A stretch of DNA of 51,517 nucleotides, filler included, from Thelocarpon superellum (lineage: Eukaryota): NCBI GenBank assembly GCA_026025795.1. It is 2 parts of 2 records of this genome, joined end to end, with 100 filler letters (N's around TTAATTAATTAA, not from the genome) between each part and the next. Parts side by side here need not be neighbours in the genome. Positions count along the whole stretch, not along the records: positions 1 to 25,761 come from JAPEUG010000265.1; 1 more part is not named here. One strand, 5' to 3'. Shown one piece after another: positions 1 to 9,371 of this stretch. Under the pieces are notes generated by a model that worked only from the letters and a program-made list of their open reading frames with translations, did not search any database and was not told the DNA's origin. Within the stretch, counting starts at the first letter, position 1, and the number at the start of each line of letters is the position of its first letter. Both the position numbers and the translations under genes were made by a program.

Positions 1-939
1 AGTACGAAGTACGCAATACAATAGCCGACGTGCCGGCCATGTCGACCAGTACGCAGTCACAATGTAGAGCTACTCCTCCAGCACCCTCACACAAGCATAC
101 TTCTAATGGCAGCCGCAATTGCAATCATAGCATCCAAACCTGCTTCCATCAAAAGGAGTGTGGTGAAGACTCAACCGATGCGACAGCGAACTTTCCGCCT
201 TCTACCATTGCGGCAACATGGCCTACTCTTGGGCTCAGAAACGGATGCGTCGTGGGGAGAACCCAGCTACTACGCAGCGAATGGCTAAAGCGACCAGAGC
301 CGATAGATGGACACATTCGCCAATGAACAGTCTCTGCCCGGGTCAGGCTTCTGTCCATCAACTGGATTCGTCCTGGTAAGATCTCTTGTTCCTGCACTTG
401 TGCATGTTCTACACCTATTTCGAGACCTTTCCCTGCATTCGTGTCCATGTTCTTGCATTTGTGCTCAAGTCCAGGACCGGCTGGGTGAGGGAACGGGCCG
501 ACCCGATCGGTACCGATGTTTGGTCTGCAGCATGGTCCGAATGCAGATATTTCGCGATATCCTTTGACTGTTCTTACTCAACAAAACGAAGCTAGTGCGA
601 GGCGTTCCTGCCCGTCTCATTTGGATCAGACGAACCCCGTGGGCTATTTTGATCTATTCAGTTCCATGGTAGATGCGGGTGGGCAGCGCTGCGGTAGTGG
701 TGGTGGCGGTGGTGATGTTCCATTCTTGTCCGTCGCTCTTTCTCCGGTGTCTTCCATCTCCCCTACGCCTCCCACACCTAATCGAGCCTTCTCCCACATC
801 TCGAGCCATTCCCAACAGAAATGGCCCCACTCTCGCCTCCCCCCTTTTTGTATGTCCTCGTCCTGTCTCGTCGGCCCTGCTCCGCTCCTCTCCTTCTCAT
901 CCCTCGAGCCGGGAAGAGGCCATCATCGAAAAATTCCAC

Positions 940-993
940 CATCGAGCAAACATCGCGCATCGAGCATCCGAACATTGAGTATCGAGCATCAAG
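940..993 (+). repeat. Degenerate 7-bp tandem repeat (CATCGAG-like, about 7 copies) upstream of the first gene
   Basis: catcgag/catcgcg/catcgag/catccgaa/cattgag/tatcgag/catcaag read directly from the sequence. Confidence 0.6.
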
Positions 994-1143
994 CGTGTCA
1001 CTATCCGTCTACAGCCTTACATGAGAACAAGCTACCTCAACCTCCGGGAGGTCTTTCATCCAGTGTGGACACCACCCCCTCACCATCCCACCTTCTACCA
1101 CCCCATATATTCGCTCAGCGAGCGCCGCAGACCTACTGCCGCG

Positions 1144-1986
1144 ATGATGAGCGCCGGCTCGCCCAGCCCCGTTGCCACTTTCTCGCCAACTCCAGTTTCG
1201 GTCGCGACTACTATGGCTCCAACGGCCGCGGCCTTTCCCTTCTGCTCGAGGGCGCTTCTCCTCGCACACCAGCCGCGGGTCGTGTCCATGGTGCTCTATC
1301 CTGTCCTGTTTGTCGCCATCGTCCTGCTGATTGCGGCCCTCTTCGCCTTAATCCCTGGCGTGCCCCGCGATGAAGATGAGATAGATGAGAGTCGGGGCGC
1401 TCCTATCTCGGTCAACGTCATGCCTCCGCCTGCCACCGCCACCGCGCCGAAGAGACAACCCGCTCGAGGTGCCTGCAACTGGCGCTTGTTCATCTGGATC
1501 GCCAACCGGCCCTGGAAAGCCATTCTCTCGACCTTACTCGGAACGATCATCTTCGCCGGGATCGTCACTTCGCTGCTCTTCAACGCCATGGCGATTGAGG
1601 CCTTGATCTACTGTCCCACCTTTACTCCGAACGGTACGGAGCCCCTCCTCTGGGTCGGCTTCTTTGCCTTGGCAATCGGGGGCGCCCTGGCCTTTGACGG
1701 ATGGGTCAATATATGCCTCACCCTCATCCGCGGATCGCCACCGCCGCGCCAGCCATGGCATTATACGCCGGGAACGAGCGTAGTCATGATTTACGGCCTT
1801 CTCCTGGCGCCCTTCTTCGTCGTCTTCTGGCTGGTTTGTCGGCGCCCTAGTTGGAAGGACGTGAAGGCCGCCGTTCGCTCGAAGCGGGACTCAGCCAGGA
1901 ACTGCATCTCTAGGAAGTCGGAGACCCCCTCGACCCAAGCCCCAGAGGAGATGCCAGAGATCTCCAGAAGCCGGACAGCGGCATAG
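1144..1986 (+). CDS. Hypothetical multi-pass membrane protein (about 4 TM)
   Basis: Long intronless ORF (1021..1986). Likely start is ATGATG at 1144. Hydrophobic segments VLYPVLFVAIVLLIAALFALI, ILSTLLGTIIFAGIVTSLLF, LLWVGFFALAIGGALAF, VVMIYGLLLAPFFVVFWLV. No family recognised. Confidence 0.6.
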   Translation: MMSAGSPSPVATFSPTPVSVATTMAPTAAAFPFCSRALLLAHQPRVVSMVLYPVLFVAIVLLIAALFALIPGVPRDEDEIDESRGAPISVNVMPPPATATAPKRQPARGACNWRLFIWIANRPWKAILSTLLGTIIFAGIVTSLLFNAMAIEALIYCPTFTPNGTEPLLWVGFFALAIGGALAFDGWVNICLTLIRGSPPPRQPWHYTPGTSVVMIYGLLLAPFFVVFWLVCRRPSWKDVKAAVRSKRDSARNCISRKSETPSTQAPEEMPEISRSRTAA

Positions 1987-2273
1987 CTCACCACAACCTC
2001 CCCGGAACCTCTGATTGACGGGGGCCGGGCAGAGATGGATTGCGATGGTATTGGAAGACAGGCCGAGGGAAAGCACGGATGGGGGGTCTCGGCCGTGTGA
2101 TGTTTTGGGTCTTGTGTTAACTAGAGGCACCGTAGCCTGTAGACCCAATCTCGGTCCTTCTGTTCCCGATATGATGACGGGGGCCCTCCATGGTGGTCCG
2201 ATCGCGTCATCGATGAGTAGGTCATCGAGTCGGAACCCTTTCCTGGGGAACTCCTCAATATTCGAGGCAACTC

Positions 2274-3479
2274 TCATGGTGTATCTGGGGGGAGATCCTC
2301 ATGATTAACTCCGGGATCTACACCAACGTCCCTATGGCCCCCATGGCGTTGCGCCGCGGGCGCCAGAAAGTCCCGGACCCAGTCCGCGACTCGCTTGACC
2401 TTTGAGACTCGCGGGTCATCGGCTCCTGGTTTCGTAAGATCCAGGCATTGCGTGCGCCAGAGATGATCGCCGGAATCCAGTGGCTCTCGATGAAGCAGGA
2501 GAAGCTTCGTCATGCCGCGGTGTAGGGACTGTCCGTGGACCTTCGCCCGGAAGCAAGACAGGGCGATATTGCGCATCAGGACCACATCGCGTAGTCGCAG
2601 GGAACCCATCACGATCCTCAGTGCATCCTTTTGCAAGGGCGAAAGCCAGATGCTGATTCCAAAGCCAGCCCTCGTCTCGTCGCCCACGAGCATCTCGACA
2701 ATCTCCATCTCTCGCCCGGCCATCCGGGTCCGGATCAAGCGGGGCGGGCCGATGGAGATGATCCCGACGATCAAATTGACCGTCATCGTCTGAGGCGCGA
2801 TGGAATCGAGATAGTGGGCGCTGGGGATGTCTTGAACGTTGCTCAGCTGGTTGACGGCTGGGACCTGTCGGAGCATCGTCTCGTTGTGCCCCAGGGGTAG
2901 AGGCTGAGGTGGAGCTTGGTTAGTCTCGTCCCCATTGCTCGAATTGCTCGTCGAGAGGGATCCACATGACAGACTGGACCCCCCTTGACTTTCCACCAAC
3001 GAGGTCTGCGCCGTCGTCGCCGCCAATGAACCGTGCAAATTCCAATCCGAGGACTCTTCAGAGGAGAGGGCATTATCATGAACAGCCAGAGAATGATCGT
3101 AGAATTGCGATAGAGAATTCTCGTCTGGTCTTATCGAGGCCTGACTGATGGCATTCGACCCGTCACGGTCAGCGCCTGTCGATGAGAAGGATAGCTTCGC
3201 AGTGGTGAAGAAAGAGGCTTGTGATGGATCGCCCGAGCCATAGCCCGACGGTTCTTCGCCTTCGTCCCCGCCTCGTGCCAGCTGCATGAGCCCGGACGGC
3301 ACCTCTTGGCGCTCCGATGGTATGCCGCGCCAGGTGGGCCAGGCGGGGAGTGCCTGGCCAGGTCTTTGCCGTCCAGCGTAGACGGATTCGGGCTTTATCA
3401 GGTCTTCTTCCCGCCAGCTAAGGGCGGCAGCGTCCGGGGCGCCCGTGAGGAAGATAAGCTTCGGTCGATTCACGGCCAT
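2274..3479 (-). CDS. OB-fold nucleic-acid-binding protein resembling shieldin subunit SHLD2 (N-terminal motif, Ser-rich linker, first OB fold)
   Basis: Intronless ORF, start MAVNRPKLIFLTGAP at 3479. C-terminal region TVNLIVGIISI..IVEMLVGDETRAGFGISIW..RDVVLMRNIAL..VHGQS has an OB-fold strand pattern. The middle region is low-complexity. Confidence 0.75.
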   Translation of the reverse strand: MAVNRPKLIFLTGAPDAAALSWREEDLIKPESVYAGRQRPGQALPAWPTWRGIPSERQEVPSGLMQLARGGDEGEEPSGYGSGDPSQASFFTTAKLSFSSTGADRDGSNAISQASIRPDENSLSQFYDHSLAVHDNALSSEESSDWNLHGSLAATTAQTSLVESQGGSSLSCGSLSTSNSSNGDETNQAPPQPLPLGHNETMLRQVPAVNQLSNVQDIPSAHYLDSIAPQTMTVNLIVGIISIGPPRLIRTRMAGREMEIVEMLVGDETRAGFGISIWLSPLQKDALRIVMGSLRLRDVVLMRNIALSCFRAKVHGQSLHRGMTKLLLLHREPLDSGDHLWRTQCLDLTKPGADDPRVSKVKRVADWVRDFLAPAAQRHGGHRDVGVDPGVNHEDLPPDTP

Positions 3480-3891
3480 CGGCTGCATCACCTCCTCTGA
3501 GTCGATCACTTGGATTTGCGAGCCTCAAATCGTCAACGTAAATGGCAACGTTGATGTTGTACATTCATAAATGCGGCTCGAGTTGTCGAGGCGATGGAAT
3601 CCTTGAACGTGTCGTGTTACTCCTACGAAGTACATAACCATCTCTCTAAAGTTGAGCGGCCATCGAGATCTATTTACTGACGTATGATGGCTTTCAAGCC
3701 GTGAAGCCATATGGGACGCGTCCCTCGAGTCAAAGCTGAGCCACCCGAAGATTTCTGTCTGCGAAGTCCGACAGTCGGCTCTTTGGCCTTTCGTTACAGG
3801 GAGGGATTAACGAAAGTCTTGGCCGTTCCCAGGTCAGATACTCGGACCATACGAGGGTAACCCGCGGAGACTCTCGCTAGGTGGACGTGGT

Positions 3892-3924
3892 GGGATGCGG
3901 TAGTGGGGTGGTGGGAGGTGGGGG
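3892..3924 (+). promoter_or_regulatory. G-rich tract / possible G-quadruplex in the divergent promoter between the OB-fold gene and APD1
   Basis: GGG-atgcggtagt-GGGG-tggt-GGG-aggt-GGGGG; TATATA at 3975-3980. Confidence 0.35.
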
Positions 3925-4253
3925 TGGTTAAGCTGTCGCGTCCCGTCAATGTCATCTCCACATCAACGTATTGCTATATAGACCGTGACACCGCTGCTGA
4001 CGGCTTTATGGCGCTCTTAAGTGCACAGCTAGGAGCGTGGACGCTTACGCAGGCTGCAACGTCGTTGCTCGCGTGATTCGTAATCACTACACTCGCACCA
4101 AGTGTTCAAAGGTGTCTTGACCGAACAAAATGACGTTGGACGGTGGATGGAGTGATAAGCTTGGCGACGTTCTTGTGTCTGGACGTGGAGTTCCAGTGGT
4201 AGATCATTTTACAGATTCGTGGTTGAATCCTGTTGTTCCCTCCCATGTTCAGG

Positions 4254-5371
4254 ATGGCAGCTTCGTTGAAATCGCTTTACCGAAAGGTGCAACCGCTCTT
4301 CGTACCTGCTTCGTCCTCCTCGAACCCTAGAGATCCCAACGGATTTCAAAAGGTCGCAGCGGCGTCCGCTCTCTTCCCCACGGTCGACCCAGCCGTGGAT
4401 GGTCCGGACTGTAACAAGGACTGCGCGAGTTGCACGATTCAATACCCTGCTAGATTTCGCATCGACGAGAGCGATCAGCTCTACGGCCAGGTCAATGGGT
4501 GGACGACGCACGTGCTCGTGGCCACGGGCAAGACAGATTGGGTCAAACACGTCGTGGATGAGCAAGGGAGTGTGATGGAAGCTCTGGGAAAGGGTGGTGT
4601 GAAACCAAAGAATGGGGTCCGTCGACCGTGCCTGCTCAAGAGCACCATCAGCCACGCTCTCACTGACGCGCCTAGCAGGATTTGATGCTCTCCGCGTCCA
4701 ACATACCACCGCCGGAAGAATATTATGCAGCCTCGCCAGGCCGTCAGCCCACAACCGTCCTGGTTCTCCCCTCGTTCACTCTGGTGGACAACGTGACGCC
4801 GCAAGATGTCCCGGAGCTGATATCGGCCTTCGTTGACACTGGCCCCACAACGACCAGTCCTATGATCCCCTCCACCGGCCCCAACCCCGCTCAGGAATTC
4901 GAGAATGCAAGCGGGGTGGCACACGACATCGCATCGGCTGCTCCAGCTCTGCCGCGGCCCTCCTCAGACTCGAACCTCACCGCACGCCGCTGTCCGCACC
5001 AATACCTGATTCTGCTGTGTTCCCAAAAGACACGCGACGTGCGCTGCGGGCAGTCGGCCCCACTCCTCCGGCGCGAGCTGGAGCGGCACCTGCGACCGCT
5101 AGGCCTCTACCGCGACCTAGACGACGACCGCCCAGGCGGGGTGGGCATCTACTTCATCAGCCACGTGGGCGGGCACAAATACTCCGCCAACATGATGATC
5201 TACCGCAAGCACGACGTGGGCGAAGCCTCGCAGGCCATCTGGCTGGCACGCATTCGGCCCGAGGACTGCGAGGCTATCGTCAAATATACCGTGTTGCAGG
5301 GCAAGGTCGTCAAGCCGCTGACGCAGCTGAGGGGCGGTTTTGATCGAGAACGCGGGGTGGTCAGTTGGTGA
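4254..5371 (+). CDS. APD1: Sucrase/ferredoxin-like thioredoxin-fold 2Fe-2S protein (Apd1 type)
   Basis: Exons 4254-4616 and about 4679-5371 (intron GTCCGT..CTGAC..CAG). N-terminal CxxxCxxC (DCNKDCASC), HVLVATGKTDW, CX8C (CSQKTRDVRC) and HVGGH ligands typical of Apd1/Aim32. Confidence 0.9.
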
Positions 5372-5704
5372 TGTGATTTCTTGGCTGTACCATGTCCGAG
5401 CACAGCTTGCGAGCTTTTGGGCACGAGGAGCGTGAGCTTAGCCTGTCGAGCTTTTGACAGAGATCAAGGGCCCTCCAACCATGAGCACATAGTTTTCAAA
5501 CAAACGGCGTGCTTCTTAGCACTTTTCAAATCTTTCATGGCGGTGTTTGCTAGCGGGAGAGTAAAGTACACATTCAACGCGTACAATAGCCAGTAACGCC
5601 GCGGGAGGTCGTATCCAGTCATCACAGCATTAAGACCCGTCTTGCGCCGAAACACCTCGCTCTGCAAAACAAACGACAGGAAAATGCTGGATTTCCGGAT
5701 CAAC

Positions 5705-7111
5705 TCAAAGATAAACGCCGCCAGTGAGGATGTTGTAAGGCAGATCAACGGGATCGCCCCGCTGAGCCAGCCTGATGACAGAGCCCCCGGACGAGGCTGA
5801 GGCCGTAGAACGCAGGCTTGGCGGATATGGAGGCCTGCGTTGCTGGACCGCCGGTACAGACGGCGAGCTCGGCATGGCGTGGCCTGACGCTGACGCCGCG
5901 CTGCGAGGCATGAGGCCTTGTGGGTGGAGCTGGACGCGTCGCCTTCGTGACGCCGATGCCGATGCCGATGCCGATGCCCGATGCGCCGTGCGAACGGTAC
6001 CCTCACTTGACGCTCTCGATCGCTTGGTCACGCGCGAGTCACTCCGGCCGCCTAGACTCTCGCCGCCCTCGTCTGTTTGAATGGAGGGTTCGTCGCCCTC
6101 GTCGCCCTCGTCGCCCTCGTCGCCCTCGTCGCCCTCGTCGCCCTCGTCGGTCGACGTGGCGCTCGCGGACTCGCTCTTGTCTTCTTCGTTGCCCAGCGTA
6201 TCCAGCAAGCGCTCATCGAGCTGCTTCATGCTGCGGAGGACGTCGGCAAACGAACGCATCATTGCGCGAAACTCCGCTTCGGATAATGGCTGTGCCGAGA
6301 ACCGTGCATGCTCGTACTGAGTCAGAAATATGGATGCTGTAGTCGGGTTGCCGAGGACGTCGAGCGAGGTGAGCAAGGTAACGTAGTCCCGCAGTCCCAT
6401 CGTCGCTGGTCGTTGGAGCAGACCCATGGCACGGACTTCCGGGTGCGGGCCGCCATCTCCAGGTGTACCGTGGTGAGGATTCGATGGCGCCAGCGCGACG
6501 GCCTTGGCTTCGATGAGATGCGGCAGCTCGAGAATGACAGTCTGGTATTGTAAATTGGGGAGGTCGGGGCTCGAGGGCGCCGTCCAGCCAGGATGTGCGA
6601 TCGGGCCCCACGGCGGAGCATCGATCGAGATATTCATCGTTGCTTGCGAGTGATCAAGGCCCGTCAGGCGTCGGTTGATTCTTCCTACCACCCCGCTCGG
6701 CGCCGTCCGTTTCGCCGCACTGCTTGCTGGGTCTTCCCTGGCGCGTACCCCGTGCGCGAGGAGATCTTTGGGCTTGGCTTCCCATGCTATTTGGGCGCTG
6801 CGTGACAGTGCCTCAGCGACCAACTTGCGCACACGGATCCCGACATCGCCCTTTTCGACAGGAATCCAGGCCTTGGGGATGCCGGCGAGCACCGTGCGGT
6901 TGGTGTAGAGGCGGGAGGCATAGATGAGGAGGGCGAGGAGAAAAGTCAGGAGATAAACACCGGCGATGACGAAGACGTTGTAAAGCTGATGGTTTTCCAG
7001 CGCCTGATGGATGGCGTCGGCCGGAGTGATGAGGAGTAGGCCGCAGAGGACGATGAAGAGGATCGTGAAGGTGGTGGAGTAAAAGATCTGGAAGAGAGGG
7101 ATTTTCCGCAT
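5705..7111 (-). CDS. DLT1: Dlt1-like (defect at low temperature) membrane protein
   Basis: 468-aa intronless ORF with two N-terminal TM helices followed by SRLYTNRTVLAGIPKAWIP, IAHPGW..P and YEHARFS motifs that I recognise from fungal Dlt1 family proteins. Convergent with APD1. Confidence 0.7.
   Translation of the reverse strand: MRKIPLFQIFYSTTFTILFIVLCGLLLITPADAIHQALENHQLYNVFVIAGVYLLTFLLALLIYASRLYTNRTVLAGIPKAWIPVEKGDVGIRVRKLVAEALSRSAQIAWEAKPKDLLAHGVRAREDPASSAAKRTAPSGVVGRINRRLTGLDHSQATMNISIDAPPWGPIAHPGWTAPSSPDLPNLQYQTVILELPHLIEAKAVALAPSNPHHGTPGDGGPHPEVRAMGLLQRPATMGLRDYVTLLTSLDVLGNPTTASIFLTQYEHARFSAQPLSEAEFRAMMRSFADVLRSMKQLDERLLDTLGNEEDKSESASATSTDEGDEGDEGDEGDEGDEGDEPSIQTDEGGESLGGRSDSRVTKRSRASSEGTVRTAHRASASASASASRRRRVQLHPQGLMPRSAASASGHAMPSSPSVPAVQQRRPPYPPSLRSTASASSGGSVIRLAQRGDPVDLPYNILTGGVYL
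6090..6149 (-). repeat. 9-bp coding microsatellite (TCGTCGCCC)x6 encoding (DEG)6 in the Dlt1-like protein
   Basis: Perfect tandem repeat read directly. A (GCCGAT)n repeat encoding ASASAS lies nearby at about 5950-5978. Confidence 0.95.
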
Positions 7112-9114
7112 TGATGCATCCTCTCGCTCGAGCGATAGCGATACGCAGATGCTCTCCTAAGGATAAACTGCCTCAAGGGGTGAGGAGGAAATCGTGGGCT
7201 CCGACGACGTACTACTGCACCTTGGCCTGCCTACGAAGCCTTCATCTTGACGGTGTTGGCTCCGATGTTTAGTGTTTGGTCGCTATACCCTGCCGTAGGG
7301 TAAGTTGTGGTGTCGTGCATCCCGCAGTAACCTTCGGTCGGCAAGTGGAAGGTTCAGGCTCCTTGTTGTGGCTACCCCACCACATCGCGCTAACCGGGCC
7401 ATTCGGATAAGTTGCCTGAAGACGAGGATAGCCGCTGGGATCTGGGCCACGGCCAACTGAGCGGTTCCTGCGGACCCTTTCTCCCGTTACGTCACACGAA
7501 TCCGACCCTCTGCACCGTCCGTATCGGAGACAAGTCTGCCGACCATTCGCAAGACGATGCGGCTTGCCGGCCCGTCGTCTCTGGAAGTGAGATCTCAGGA
7601 GATGTGCAACTCCTCTGCCGAACTTGCTGGGGGCGGTCCGGTGTTTGACGGTGTCGGCGCTATCTCGGACCTCGCCGGCACATGCCATTTGCGTGACGGC
7701 TGCACCCTATGGGCTATTGGTCGATGTGCAGCCAAACATGGACAGGTACTATATGTTATCGAGGATCGTCCTGGCGCCTCCATCATCATTGGCTAGGACG
7801 TCTTGACGAGCCGTAGAACCTTGTCCGATGCCATGCCCAAGAAAGTCGGCCTTTGGGCGTGATATTCGCAGGACAGCCACGGTGGCACTCGGGGCGCGGT
7901 GACCGAGTGGATATGGGCTGCGAGCCTGCTAGGCTTGCATATCAGCAGCGAGACATGGGCGATAAGAGTCGCGATCGCCCGTCAATAGCGCCAAAGCTAG
8001 CCCCACCGAAGCCGAGCAGGATCGGTTCGGGGACAGAGGCGAGGTTTGGCCACTAAGTTGACTACGTAAAGTGGCAGACGACCACCTGTGTGAGGGTTGA
8101 CCAACCGGATCATGGAAGATCAGGGTATGGCTCACGGAGATCGACAAGCGTCCGGACCGCATCGTGATCCGGTCCGGTTCAGTCGACGACCGCATGAAAG
8201 AATGGGCAACGGAGCAGTGTGATTCTTCTTTCCCTCGCTGCATTCTCTCTTCCAAGTCGCTTCGACTCGCCAGAAGAGATGCGTCTGAAGAGGCGAGTCC
8301 TTTGGTCCCCGGTGTGGTGGGCACCGATGCTCCCGTGGATACGTGGACTACTGGGAGCCGTAGCCCACAGTGGCAAGGTTGTTGGTCGGTGTTCGCGTCC
8401 GCCGGACGGCTGAGGGCCCGCCTCGCCTGCCTCCCACCAATCTGGGCAGGCGGAAGAGCACCGAGGAAGAGCACGAGCACACTCCTACAACTACAATCGT
8501 ACCGCAATCGACGCCAGATGGTGGCCTCGGTAGCCTTCTGAGGAGACGATCATCGTGCGCTCCCCAGATGGTCCGAGGGTGAAATTCGCCTACACCCGCA
8601 CTGACCCGGGCAGGGATGGCGCGGCGACGCCGGAGGCACGAGCGGGCTTCCAACCGTGGATGGAGAGGTTCAGACGACAAGGTTCCGCGAGGATGAGTGA
8701 GTGCCCGCAGAACAAGCTGGTCATGTATGCAGCGTCTGCACCCGTCGACCGCGCTAATGCCGAGCTTGGTGGGGTTGACAGGGCCGATCACCTCCTCGTG
8801 CTGCCCGGACCAACGCCCATCCACCGGCAAACGGCAAAGCTGGGAGGTTGAGCTATGGCGCGTCGACCGAGACATGACGCTGCCTGCACTTTTCGCAACC
8901 GAGCTGATCTCCCATCGCTCCTCCTCCCAGCGCTTGATCTCTCTTTCCCTTTCTCCTCTCCCATGTTGTACAGGCCCCTTCCCCCTCGAGCCCATGGGGT
9001 CCAGGGCGGTCGTGTGCCATGGTCGTGGGGGACCTGATCCTCGACGCGCTCGCCAGAGAGCCACGCCGTCTTCCATCATCAACAACATTGGGTAGACTCA
9101 CAAAGATTCTGTGT

Positions 9115-9331
9115 TTCGCGGCGGCTCTGCATCCCAGTTTTCTGCTTCGCAGCGGCTCTTCGGCCCGATTTTGAGATTCCCGGCGGCTCTTCATCCCGAT
9201 CTTGGGCTTCCCGGCGGCTCTCCATCCCACTTCTCTGCTTCACGGCGGCAGTTCGTCCGGCTTCCCTGCTTCACGGCAACTCTTCTTCCGGATCCTCTGC
9301 TTCGCACCGGCTCTTCATCCCGCTTCTCTGC
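9115..9331 (+). repeat. 31-bp minisatellite, 7 copies plus a partial eighth
   Basis: Units start at 9115, 9146, 9177, 9208, 9239, 9270 and 9301. Consensus about TTCVCGGCGGCTCTTCATCCCGMTTCTCTGC. No indels between the units. Confidence 0.9.
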
Positions 9332-9371
9332 CCCGTGGCTCTTCGTCGTAGTCCTTGACATAGTCGAACGC

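Noticed and set aside
516..1373. 285-aa ORF overlapping the first gene
   Set aside because: Low-complexity Pro/Ser/Arg translation of a pyrimidine-rich leader that overlaps a better-supported membrane-protein frame.
9115..9331. CRISPR-like array
   Set aside because: The units are directly adjacent with no unique spacers, there are no cas genes, and the context is eukaryotic. It is a minisatellite.
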